A stretch of 63,270 nucleotides of DNA, the filler included, from Octopus bimaculoides (Eukaryota): the NCBI RefSeq assembly GCF_001194135.2. It is 5 parts of 5 records of this genome, joined end to end, with 100 filler letters (N's around TTAATTAATTAA, not from the genome) between each part and the next. Parts side by side here need not be neighbours in the genome. Positions count along the whole stretch, not along the records: positions 26,774 to 52,007 come from NC_068990.1; positions 52,108 to 63,270 come from NC_068999.1; 3 more parts are not named here. The stretch is one strand, 5' to 3'. The notes beneath the pieces are model-generated. The model was given only the letters and a program-made list of their open reading frames with translations. It searched no databases and was not told the DNA's origin. The translations under genes and the position numbers were made by a program. This document shows positions 51,445 to 62,905 of the stretch, piece by piece. How positions within the stretch are numbered: the first letter of the stretch is position 1; each line of letters opens with the position of its first letter.

Positions 51445-52001
51445 ATGGTTGTTGGCACTTCGTAGCTTACGACGTCGAGGGTTCCAGTTGATCCGATCAA
51501 CTGAACAGCCTGCTCGTGAAATTAACGTGCACGTGGCTGAGCACTCCACAGACACGTGTACCCTTAACGTAGTTCTCGGGGATATTCAGCGTGTATCTCT
51601 TTTACATATTAATTGTTTCAGTCATTTGACTGCGGCCATGCTGGAGCACAGCCTTTAGTCGAGCAAATCGACCCCAGGACTTATTCTTTGTAAGCCTAGT
51701 ACTTATTCTATCGGTCTCTTTTGCCGAACCGCTAAGTTACGGGGACGTAAACACACCATCATCGGTTGTCAAACGATGTTGGGGAGACAAACACAGACAC
51801 ACAAACATATACACACACATACACACATATATATACACATATATACGACGGGCTTCTTTCAGTTTCCGTCTACCAAATTCACTCACAAGGCTTTGGTCGG
51901 CCCGAGGCTATAGTAGAAGACACTTGCCCAAGGTGCCACGCAGTGGGACTGAACCCGGAACCATGTGGCTAGTAAGCAAGCTACTTACCACACAGCCACT
52001 G
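51445..52001 (-). mobile_element. Nested SINEs: family C copy (51598-52001) truncating a family B copy (51445-51595)
   Basis: The family B 3' half is interrupted at cagcgtg by the family C 3' tail. Confidence 0.85.
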
Positions 52002-52109
52002 TGAATANNNNNNNNNNNNNNNNNNNNNNNNNNNNNNNNNNNNNNNNNNNNTTAATTAATTAANNNNNNNNNNNNNNNNNNNNNNNNNNNNNNNNNNNNN
52101 NNNNNNNAC

Positions 52110-52830
52110 GGTTTAAAGAAAATTTCGGCATAAAATCAAGGACAATTTCCGGAGAAGAACTAATAAATCCCGTTGTAATAAAGAACTCATTCTCTGATTT
52201 TTTTTTAAAATCCCCAAAATACTCTCCTCAAGATATTTTTAATTGCGATGAAACAGTCTTATATAAATGTCCTCCCAAAAGTACACTGGTTCTCAACACA
52301 GAAGAACAAGCCTCGGGAATATTTTCAAAAGATCGCATTTCAATACTTTCTGTGTGAATAGAACTGGTGGGAAAACAATGCCTCTTATAATCGGTAAATT
52401 CAAATCTCCGCAGGGTTTTAAGGATATTTACATGGAAGCTTTGGGACTAGAATATACTCATAGTGGAAAATCTTGGATGACTGGTTTTATAATTAGCGAT
52501 TGGTTGAAAAGGCTTAATGAAACATGGTTACATATAATAGGAAAATACTTCTTTTGCTCGACAATACTCGACATTGCATCGATATCAATTTGAGCAATAT
52601 AGAACTACATTATTTGCCGGCGAATTGCACATCAAAAATACAGCCTATTAATGAAGGTGTTATACATTCTTTTAAACCCTCTTACAGAAAATTTTCTTAA
52701 GGAATTTAAGTATGATAAACGAGGAAGATATTAATTTCATTGATCAGATTAAGAAAATCAAGTTATTCAATGCTCTTATAATTGTGCCATGGGATTCCGT
52801 TCCGGTCGATACAATAAAAAATTCAGTGTT
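52110..52830 (+). mobile_element. Tigger/pogo (CENP-B-like DDE_1) transposase fragment
   Basis: DIFNCDETV.., FCVNRTGG..PLIIGKFKSPQGFK, YTHSGKSWMT..IISDWL, LDN..H.., YLPANCTSKIQP..EGVIHSFK. Confidence 0.85.
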
Positions 52831-53177
52831 ACTGTGATAAAGTTTGGCAGATAAGGAAACCACAGAGTGTTTTATGCTCTGAGGTTTTGGCGTCTACTTC
52901 ACAAAAGCCCAGCAAGTTAAAGAGGTATTTACAAACGAAGCATCCCAGTTCAATAAATAGAGATGTCGACTTCTTCAGACGCGAAGCCTACAGATTGACG
53001 AAATCCAGACTTGATGACACGGAACATTTACGGTTGGTTTGAAAGCGTCCTACGAGGTTTCAGGGATAAAAGCTGTTGTGAAAAAGCCTCACAAAATCGG
53101 CTAAGAGTTTATATTGCCTTGCTGCAAAGATATCATATTGAATGTACTAGGAAGTTCTGAACTTCAGAAGCTGAAGC

Positions 53178-53735
53178 GTGTCTCTCTCCCTAATAGTAAA
53201 CAGGCAAATAAATGACCTGTCTGATAACATTCTATCGCAGTTGATCTCTAGGCGTCACAATTCACTTTTGAATTTTTTCGCGATCCAGCTTGATAAAACG
53301 ACAGATGTTTCCAACATAGCCCAACTTTGCGCCTATGTACGTTATGCACATAACAATCACCTGGAGGACGAATTCCTGTTTTGCGAAACCCTCAGCACCA
53401 AAACAACCGCAAGAGAAACATTTAACAAAGTGGACAAATTTTTTGAGGCACATGGTATCAACTGGGATCATGTCATTGACGTGTGCACCGATGGCGCTCC
53501 GGAGATACTCGGCTGCCGTTCCAGTTTTCAGACTTTGGTGAAAGAAAATTCCCCAACTGCTTTTGGTATACACTGCACGATTTATCGACAAGCACTCATA
53601 GTGAAAACCATGCCTGATGAGTGATTACAACAGTGAACTTCATCAAACCGAATGCACTCATCTCCTATCTGTTTGCCGAGTTGTGCAAAGAAAGTGATTC
53701 TGAATTCGAAACACTCGAAAGTCATCCCACAAGTG
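53178..53735 (+). mobile_element. hAT (Buster/ZBED5-like) transposase catalytic-region fragment
   Basis: FAIQLDKTTDVSNIAQLCAYVRY..DEFLFCETL..VCTDGA..G..SSFQTLVK..HCTIYRQAL. Confidence 0.9.
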
Positions 53736-54189
53736 AGATGGGTTTGGAGATGGGTTCGTAGTACCTTGGGCAGGTGTATAAGTGTATTCTGCTAATGCCT
53801 CGGGTCGACCAAAGCCATGTGAGAGGATTTGGTAACCGGAAACTGAAAGAGGACCGTTATATATATATATATATATACATACATATATAAATGTATGTGT
53901 TTTTTCCAGTGTTTACAAATAACGCGAAAAAATACAGTCACCAGGGTAGCAAAAATTCACACAAGTAACAAGGATGTAACAATCTTTCTTTAAAAAGGTA
54001 GAGACTCCAGGTTTAGGTGAAATGTTTTGTATAATATAGATAAATAAATAGATGGAGTTAAACGCAGGTGTTATTCAAATTCATTTACTTCCGACATATG
54101 TTTCGAAGACAACATTGGTATTATTCCAGAAGGAATAAAATGGTGACAGACGGACAGACACATAGATAGATAGAAAGATAGATAGATAG

Positions 54190-54466
54190 ATAACTTTCTT
54201 TATTGGCCACACAGAGGGGACAAATACAAATGTAGAGCTTTTCTTTGTGAAAATGAAAAACAAAAAGGTAAAAATTGAGAAAAAAATAGTAAAATTCCGA
54301 TCAAAAGGGATCGGAAAAAGAAAAGACGATCAAAAGGGATCGTGTGTCACTGAAGAATTTTAAAAATGTAAAGAGCAAGATTAGGTTTATCCGTGGAAAG
54401 AAAAGCCTACGGAAAAGACCACGGTAACCTCAGGCAAGGAAGGATGAAACACATGAGAGCAAAGTG

Positions 54467-54498
<32 letters not shown>

Positions 54499-55030
54499 TC
54501 GATTTACAGGTTCATGCTCAAAATGGTTTCGTCATTCGCACGCACCATCTTTGCTACATTCACCCACCTTTTTTTGAAACTTTCACGAGACAAAAACTGT
54601 CTCTCCATTCTCACCTTCCTTTTCAAGTGGTACTTGAAAAAGTTGATGAGAGATTGGCCAGAGAGGTAAGTGTTTGTCTCTAATCCTTTCGCTAGAGTCC
54701 ACCACACACATTCTTTCACCATGGCCACCAGTACGATGAAGACTGCTTTGCCTTCCCGGTTGAGGGAAGTGGCGGAGCAATTGTCACGATAGACTAGGCC
54801 GACAGGCTAACACGTCCCACACGTGACAGCAGCCTTTGGGCATAAGCCCACAGGTCCGAAATGGTTGGACACTGCACGAGTGCGTGCAGAACGGTTTCGT
54901 CGCTCTGACCGCATCTTGGGCAAGTCGGTCCGGTGTGTCTCGAACCGTGCTTGTAGAGCTTATCCCGAGTAGGTAATGATTCTCGAGAGCACTGCCAGGC
55001 CAGGGATCTCTGGTGATTGTCCATAGGTCC
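54190..55030 (-). mobile_element. L1/Tx1-clade LINE 3' end (zf-RVT C-terminus plus 3'UTR)
   Basis: LAWQCSRESLPTRDKLYKHG..CPRCGQSDETVLHALVQC..LW; KECVWW..FFKYHLKRKVRMER..FKKRW; stop at 54504. The 3'UTR ends in AATAAAGAAA at about 54195, next to a (TATC)n tract. Confidence 0.85.
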
Positions 55031-57290
55031 CGGCCCGAATTAATTAACAAAGGTAACATTTTCATTAACGATTTAACTTTTAAGTTAACTTTGAAAATCA
55101 TTATCGGGCTAATTAACTACCGTTACATTTAGCTTCCATTTACTCAAATCCGTAAATCCAAAAATTTTATAAAAACCGGTGAACATTTAAAAGTTTCTAT
55201 TGTTTTCAGATTGTCTTAGCATATTCAATATTGTACGCATCGTTCTTTCAGCAACAATATAACGCTACTTATTATCATAAAAAAACTTGTAGGACCTCGT
55301 TTGGCCCTGCCTGGATTTGAAACCAAATCCACCCGCGTGCTGCTTGCAAATACAGCGAGAAATTTCTTTGTCTTGTCAAGAGGGAACAATGATTGATGGG
55401 TTTCCACTTGATCCGTGACCTCGCTGAGGTGGATGTCAACAGAGAATTCTATAAAGTGGAAGAAATTAATGGAAGGAAAAAAGTTGGTAAATATTTCGGT
55501 GTGAACGCAAATAGCAGTTACTTGGTAGCAGGGCATGCTAGAAACAGCAGCCAAATCTTTCCTTTTCTGGAAAAAGGAGCCGTTTACCTGTGATTTCGAT
55601 GTCACATTCGTTGAACGCATGCAAAATAACCTGGAAAAGAAAAAAAGGCCTGCGAAACAAAACTCTCTTGGTGGGAAACGTCGAGGTCCCCACCACCCCT
55701 CCCGCCTTTCTTTTCCAGAAAAATTAGCCTTGCGGCGGTTTTGGATGTCAGATACTTTGAATGCCTCCGAAAAAAACTGTGGAAAAAAATTATTCCACAC
55801 CGAGGTACGAAATATTTACCAAAAGAATAAAATCTTGAGCCTAATATACCTGTATTTTTATTAATTCAAATTAATGTACCTCATCTTGAAAAGTGGCAAA
55901 ATTTTTGTTGGTTGCCACCTGGGATAATTTTTGTAACAAATAAAGCAGGTAAGATGCATTAAGAATTTCAATTTTATTGTTTATCCATAATGTTGTTGCT
56001 TTTACACCTGTTAGTTAAATTTACCTGCCCATAAAAGTTAAATTTACTCAGCAAGATCAGCTAAAGTTACATAACTAAAAACCAGAGGTATATAAAGCAC
56101 CCACTGATAAAATGTCAAATCTGTATGTAAAAAAATTTGCTAAGTTGCAAGCAAATATTTTGGACACCCCTCTTGAACCTGAATAATTCAAAATAACGTG
56201 AACAAATAAGCATTACATTTGACAGATTAATATGAACACTAAAGATGTTTTTAGGTGGGTTTTTTTTCTTACACACACACATAACACGGCTTCGATCGGT
56301 TAGGACTATACGTATGTTACTTTGACATCATCATTCCATAAAATTTGTTTATGGGGAGAAAAATATTGAAAAATATCAATAGATGTGTGAGTGGGAAAGA
56401 AATATGGAGGGGGTTTTGGGATGTGCTAGAAACAACAACCATATCTTCCTTAAATCACACATTTTCCTCTGGAATTATTAACATTTTTTTTTTAAACGTG
56501 AGTTTTAAGTGCGTAGTGATAAAAAAAAGTGGCTGAAATCGTTTTGGACTGGGATTGTTGGGGTGAGGAGTGAAACAAAATAAATTTTCAAAATTCTTTT
56601 CTTTTTTTCGTCAAAAGGTGCCTCTCATTATTCTGAAGNNNNNNNNNNNNNNNNNNNNNNNNNNNNNNNNNNNNNNNNNNNNNNNNNNNNNNNNNNNNNN
56701 NNNNNNNNNNNNNNNNNNNNNNNNNNNNNNNNNNNNNNNNNNNNNNNNNNNNNNNNNNNNNNNNNNNAATTTCATTAGAAAATACCTATTTTCCAGAATG
56801 TTATGAGGGGGGAAATGTCGGGCCCTGTGAATTTTGCAAAATCCCTCTCTTCAACCCATCGAAAAGTTTTTCCAACAAATCTTCACAGGATATAAGCGAT
56901 TATTTGGTGTAAGTTTCCTTAAGAAGTTTCCAAAATTCTGGAAGTTATGAGGCAACAAAGTTTGTGGGGGTATTAAACGCTAGTTGTGCCTTTTTTCAAT
57001 AAAAATTAACTTTAACTTCCGTTACATTTTCAAAGAATTAACGGATTAACGATTAACGAAGTTAACTTTTCGATTAACGGTACCCAGCTCTGGATATATA
57101 TATATCATGATAGATCGCTGACCACTACATTTATATTTTTTTCTCCTTGTTTCTTTCCGTGTTACTTTCAGTTGAAGAGCGTAGGCTCGAAACGTCAAAG
57201 ACTTTCTCTATTCCCGAGCATTAAACTAATACATCCATTTGTTGTTTACACCACCTGTCTTCGTCTGTTGTTTTTTTCGTAAATTCTCCC

Positions 57291-57324
<34 letters not shown>

Positions 57325-59913
57325 ATGCATGACGAGCTTCTTTCAATCAACCAAATCCACTCACGAGGAAGCACGTGGTTGGGGGGGAAAAAAAGACTTA
57401 TCACACAAACACGTCTGCGCCTATAAGAACTACCCAAAAACCTGATTTCCATCCCTTACCCGAAACATTTTTCGCAATAAATTCCGATATCTCGTGAAAA
57501 TTTCATTAAAAACTATATATTTTAAAGAAAATCATTAAAAAAACTTTTTTTATCAAGGTACGGAACACATATCTGCAGTTATGTCCCAAGAAAACTATTT
57601 TAAATAAATTATACATCTTGATTTCTATGCTATATATACAAGATCTCGGTGGTATATTCAAGGGAGTTATGAAAGGTGAAGTCAACCTCGATGGAATTGG
57701 AACTTGATATTTAATTAAATAAACACAACAATGGCATTACTTCTTTGATTGTAAACCTAAAATTACTTAAAACTCAAAATAGAAAACACAAGAAAATTTT
57801 TTGGGGATCTACAGCCACAACCAAAAGAAATCGCTGTATTGGTATTGAATCAAAATGTGGCTGCTACGAACTGTATATGGCTGCTAATCTTGGGATTAGG
57901 TCAACAGCTGTACATAGAAGAAAATGACGAAATCTGTTGAGATTTTTACGAATAAACTTTATTTCTGATTGAGAGCGTTTGAATGTTTATTGTGCTTTGT
58001 GTAACTGAAATAGAGTTACAAATGTTGAGTCTTTAAATGTTATTGAAATAGCATTACGATGTATAATGAGAGAGTTTGGATGTTATTGTTATTAAACTAG
58101 TATTAGAAAAGTTACTGGTAGTCATTGTGTTACTGTGGATCGAAAAATTTATCCACATCCATACAACCATTCTCTCCCCCTTACATTAATAAATGCAAAA
58201 GAATTAAAGATAAGACCTTGAATGTAACTATGATTCTTACTGGAGAAAATCAAAAACAACACCTGGTTTTCCAATTAAAAACTTTGAACGTTTGAATACA
58301 AAAATTCCTTTTCTTTCCCACCCAAAAAGTCACTAAGTGGGAAAAAACAAAACAAAGACCAAACAAGTCAGGTCACACTGATACAAAAGTCACGCCTTCC
58401 CTCTCAAACGTTTTTCTTCTTCCCTTTCCTTTCCTTCACCCNNNNNNNNNNNNNNNNNNNNNNNNNNNNNNNNNNNNNNNNNNNNNNNNNNNNNNNNNNN
58501 NNNNNNNNNNNNNNNNNNNNNNNNNNNNNNNNNNNNNNNNNNNNNNNNNNNNNNNNNNNNNNNNNNNNNNNNNNNNNNNNNNNNNNNNNNNNNNNNNNNN
58601 NNNNNNNNNNNNNNNNNNNNNNNNNNNNNNNNNNNNNNNNNNNNNNNNNNNNNNNNNNNNNNNNNNNNNNNNNNNNNNNNNNNNNNNNNNNNNNNNNNNN
58701 NNNNNNNNNNNNNNNNNNNNNNNNNNNNNNNNNNNNNNNNNNNNNNNNNNNNNNNNNNNNNNNNNNNNNNNNNNNNNNNNNNNNNNNNNNNNNNNNNNNN
58801 NNNNNNNNNNNNNNNNNNNNNNNNNNNNNNNNNNNNNNNNNNNNNNNNNNNNNNNNNNNNNNNNNNNNNNNNNNNNNNNNNNNNNNNNNNNNNNNNNNNN
58901 NNNNNNNNNNNNNNNNNNNNNNNNNNNNNNNNNNNNNNNNNNNNNNNNNNNNNNNNNNNNNNNNNNNNNNNNNNNNNNNNNNNNNNNNNNNNNNNNNNNN
59001 NNNNNNNNNNNNNNNNNNNNNNNNNNNNNNNNNNNNNNNNNNNNNNNNNNNNNNNNNNNNNNNNNNNNNNNNNNNNNNNNNNNNNNNNNNNNNNNNNNNN
59101 NNNNNNNNNNNNNNNNNNNNNNNNNNNNNNNNNNNNNNNNNNNNNNNNNNNNNNNNNNNNNNNNNNNNNNNNNNNNNNNNNNNNNNNNNNNNNNNNNNNN
59201 NNNNNNNNNNNNNNNNNNNNNNNNNNNNNNNNNNNNNNNNNNNNNNNNNNNNNNNNGAATATATCGCTCGTTGTAATTGCTTAGTGCCAGGTTAATTGTA
59301 ATTCCCTTGGCCGATGATGAAACGCATTTTATTTTTATCTTCTTTAATTTTTCCAAGTACCTCGAACTACATTATCAAGTGTTTTCTTTAATAAAAGAAG
59401 AATGGCAGAGTGTTCTACGAGTGATCTTTTAGCTTCAAAAACTATAGTGATGGTTATAAATAGAAAGCGTGGGAAAAACGGGATAGCCACAATTAGAACA
59501 TTTTTTTTTAATAAGGGATGGTCATGATTTGAACGCTTTAAAAAAAAAGGATGGTTTCGGTTGGAATGACTCTAAAGAAAGAGCGACTGTTAGAAAGTCG
59601 CTTGTTTCGTGTATCTGCACATTTTTGCATACTGAGTGAATAAATCGGATTTCGAGAATTTCCAAAAACTTATTTAAAACGTAACAGTCATCTCCCTTGA
59701 TGTGGGAAATGCATAGATACACTGAGTTATCGTGTTGATTCGTCGTTTGATTATTTCTTAGCAATACAGACACTAACCACTTTCCAAGGGTTTTCGAATC
59801 TACCCCATTAACAAATAAGAGGTAATTGTTCCAAGTGATTCTGTAATACAAAAGTATAACTTTACTCTTTGATATATCATACCAGGAAACTGATTCAGGT
59901 CATCTTTGATATA

Positions 59914-60759
59914 ATGACTACTACGGATGCTCAATGTGTAAGTGAATACACAACAGATGATCGTTTTCATCAATCAACTGGGGAGGATTTAATGAAATGT
60001 TTCAATAAATATGACATGACGCATAAAAAGCGAGGTGTCGCTTACATCTTCAACAATGAAAATTTCCAACACTCGGAACTTAAAACTCGACTCGGCTCAT
60101 CAAAAGATGCAGAAGATTTTAAAAAGGCATTAATTAAACTTGGATTCCATAAAGATGATATCAATCTTTATACAGATGCAACAGCTGAAGAAATGTGTGG
60201 CGCTTTGAAACAGTTTGGAAAAAAAAATTCTCATCCTGATCTTGATTGCTTTATTTGTGCAATACTAAGTCACGGTGACTCAGACGATCTTATCTATGGA
60301 TACGACGATGTTGTTAAACTAGACAAATTGCTTTCTTATTTGAGACCCGGTTGTTGTCCATCTTTAACAGGAGTACCTAAATTATTCTTTGTTCAAGCAT
60401 CTCGTGGAAGTAAGATTGATTTTGGGATCGAAAAAACTGATGCTGATTTATTAAGGAATCGAGAAAGGGCACCCAAAATTCCAGTTATGGCAGATATGTT
60501 GGTTGTTTATTCATCGTGTAATGAATATCCTTCTTTCGGAAATAAAGAAGGAGGCTCGTGGTTTATGCAAGCTCTAAGTAAAATTTTAATGAAATATGGC
60601 AACGAGTATGAAATCATGAAACTTTTAACCGCTGTCTCTAACTATGTTGCCTCTTTAGGCTTCCAAAGTTCGGATAATTCGGAATACAATGGCAATAAAC
60701 AAATGCCTCAAATTATGTCGACATTGATTAAAGAACTAAAGTTTCAGTCCAAGAACTAA
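59914..60759 (+). CDS. Caspase-3/7-like (peptidase C14A) protein with catalytic Cys replaced by Ser; predicted inactive pseudo-caspase, 281 aa, intronless CDS
   Basis: Uninterrupted ORF with effector-caspase motifs: RGVAYIFNN, R59-LGS, ILSHG (His120), PKLFFVQASRG (Ser163 at the Cys position), KIPVMADML, GSWFMQAL, KQMPQIMSTLIKEL. First in-frame ATG at 59914; TAA at 60757-60759. Confidence 0.92.
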   Translation: MTTTDAQCVSEYTTDDRFHQSTGEDLMKCFNKYDMTHKKRGVAYIFNNENFQHSELKTRLGSSKDAEDFKKALIKLGFHKDDINLYTDATAEEMCGALKQFGKKNSHPDLDCFICAILSHGDSDDLIYGYDDVVKLDKLLSYLRPGCCPSLTGVPKLFFVQASRGSKIDFGIEKTDADLLRNRERAPKIPVMADMLVVYSSCNEYPSFGNKEGGSWFMQALSKILMKYGNEYEIMKLLTAVSNYVASLGFQSSDNSEYNGNKQMPQIMSTLIKELKFQSKN

Positions 60760-61028
60760 ATGTACCGTTTACTTTAATATACACACTAAAGTTTTATGTA
60801 AATATATGTATACAAATACAAAATGCATGTGCTTTTATATATAATTCCTAGACCTAAAATGTTTAGATAAATGTAACATTTTAAACTAATTATTTTTTAT
60901 AACTGTTAATATGATTCCAATCTTGATTTGGTTTCTTTTTAAGGTGTTTAACTAAACCTATTCCTACTATTTCGTTTTGGGATTTGGTTTTCAAGATTCT
61001 TTAAGTGAGTTCGTGTGTTGAAGCATAC

Positions 61029-61253
61029 ACTGTTGTGTCTGGGGAGAGTCATTCTCTTTTAGTGCCTTATTTCCTTTATTTTTCTAAAATTCTCGTTGCG
61101 TCTTGCAAACTTTTAATAGTTAAAACTATTGAAAAGGTTGCAAGACGCAACGAAACTTTTAGAAAAATAAAGAAGGGAATAAGTGGAAATTTTACAGGTT
61201 AGTGTTAAATTATAAGGCACTAAAAGAGAATGATTCTCCCCAGACACAACAGT
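61029..61253. repeat. Inverted repeat: 42-bp arms (1 mismatch, G.U-compatible), 141-nt spacer, 270 nt after the caspase-like stop
   Basis: 61029-61070 versus the reverse complement of 61212-61253. Confidence 0.9.
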
Positions 61254-61841
61254 ATTCCCTACTATTCTTTATCAAAAGGAATACAAGTGCCCTATTTATT
61301 CACGCACAAACATGCATATACGAAATATACAAACAGAAAATGACTATTTGTGTATGTGTCTGTGTGTGTAAAATGAATATGAATTAGCAAACGAATTACC
61401 ATCCCCAAGTATAACGATCTATATTTCAAACTAATCTTTCTCCCTGAAAATTCAACTGACATTGTCTTATATACAACTAAATATGAACACTATTAAGATA
61501 TAAACAAACGATTGATTACTTATTTGTTTTGATATTTAACCGATTCGCTAACAATAACGAAGTGATATTGAACCAGTGTTTGCGTTGTTATTATTATTAT
61601 TAGCATAATGATCATTGTAAGACAAAAAGTAAAGCTAATTAGCGCTAAAAGAAATATATGACAGGAATATTCATCAAGAAATAAAATACGATGAATTGAA
61701 ATAATTTTAGATTTAGTAAAAGAATTTAAATTCTAGGTGAAAATATATAAGACTAATAAGATACTAAAATTATGATACTGTCTAGAAAAAGAATAATAGC
61801 TATACCATCACATAAATTAAAATTTTAAAACGGTGTGTGTG

Positions 61842-61892
<51 letters not shown>

Positions 61893-62048
61893 AGCCTATG
61901 TAACCTAATGTTACCACGTACGTCTGATGTATTTTAAAGTTATTTAAAGCATAGTATCACTGAATTATTTTCTTTCTATCTTTTAATTGTTCTAATAGTT
62001 TCTTCGTTTGTGCCAAAGTGTTACTCAATTTTACTCGAACCCTTTTCA

Positions 62049-62479
62049 GTACTTTTTGGTTATCTCACTCCCATTAAAACATAGGGTTTTATGAGAAATA
62101 TCGGTACTTTTGGTTATTTCTCTCAACTAAAAAAATTGTTTAACCCTCAAAAAAAAAAATGGAAAAAATTAATAAACATGAAAAGTGAAAAGATAAAACA
62201 TCGTATTGAATCTCATAATATCACACGAAGCTGAAAAAATTAATAAACTTAAAAACTGAAAAAATTAAACATCTTAATGAATCTGATAACATTTTTATAA
62301 CAAATTATACCATGCCTTTTGTGAAGGCCAAACGTCAACATGTTGAAGTACTGAATCAAAAGGATCTAACCCTTTTAATCCAGTCTTTTGTCGCCACATA
62401 AACTCAATTTTTTAGTGGGGTGATAACCCAATTTTTAATGGCAATTTTTTAAAATGGGGATGAGATAACCAAAAAATAC
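62049..62479. mobile_element. Possible MITE bounded by imperfect ~30-bp inverted repeats
   Basis: gtactttttggttatctcactcccattaaaa versus ttttaaaatggggatgagataaccaaaaaatac; internal AT-rich tandem duplication at about 62160-62290. Confidence 0.45.
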
Positions 62480-62831
62480 CCCCTTTTCATTTCGAAATGA
62501 TTAGATACATTAATATATTATTTCCAGAGAAATCAACTCTTGATATTCGAGGCTCTTATCATTCAACTTCGTAAGGACAGGGTGTCCATGACTTACCTTT
62601 ACTATTTGAAAATTTCAGAAAGAAAAAGAGTAACACAAGCAAATTATCTTTTATTAGGACCATCAGAACACTTTCGTGTGGGTTCCATTGGTTGCACACA
62701 ATTTTTTGTTTCTTGTTTTTCTCAAATAGTAAAGATAATTTTATGGACATTCTGTATTTTATGCAGTGAAAAACACAACTCTAGCTGAAGCATGGGAGAC
62801 AACTTATGAAAATACTTGGAGTTTTACGAAT

Positions 62832-62905
62832 GGAATTCCCCTTGTACCACTTAAAGCACAAATGGAATTCCCCTTGTGCTTTCAGTTTTACAAATGGAAT
62901 TCCCC
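62832..62905. promoter_or_regulatory. Three perfect NF-kB consensus sites (GGAATTCCCC = rc GGGGAATTCC) at 32-bp periodicity
   Basis: Sites at 62832-62841, 62864-62873 and 62896-62905 all fit GGGRNNYYCC. Function untested. Confidence 0.45.

Noticed and set aside
54467-54494. (CT)n beside the Tx1 stop codon as a Kibi-like target site
   Set aside because: Element-like sequence continues past it to an AATAAA end at about 54195, so the tract is internal to the 3'UTR.
55030-57090. About 2-kb segment bounded by taacg-rich ends with short ORFs, as a possible hAT/BED-finger element
   Set aside because: No recognisable transposase motif could be read with confidence; left unannotated.
10946-59356. 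Long ORFs of 100-400 aa made mostly of X
   Set aside because: They are open only because they span N gaps.
59886-59909. ETDSG (caspase-3 cleavage-site-like peptide) in an alternative frame just upstream of the caspase ATG
   Set aside because: The frame closes after 7 codons (TGA); probably chance.
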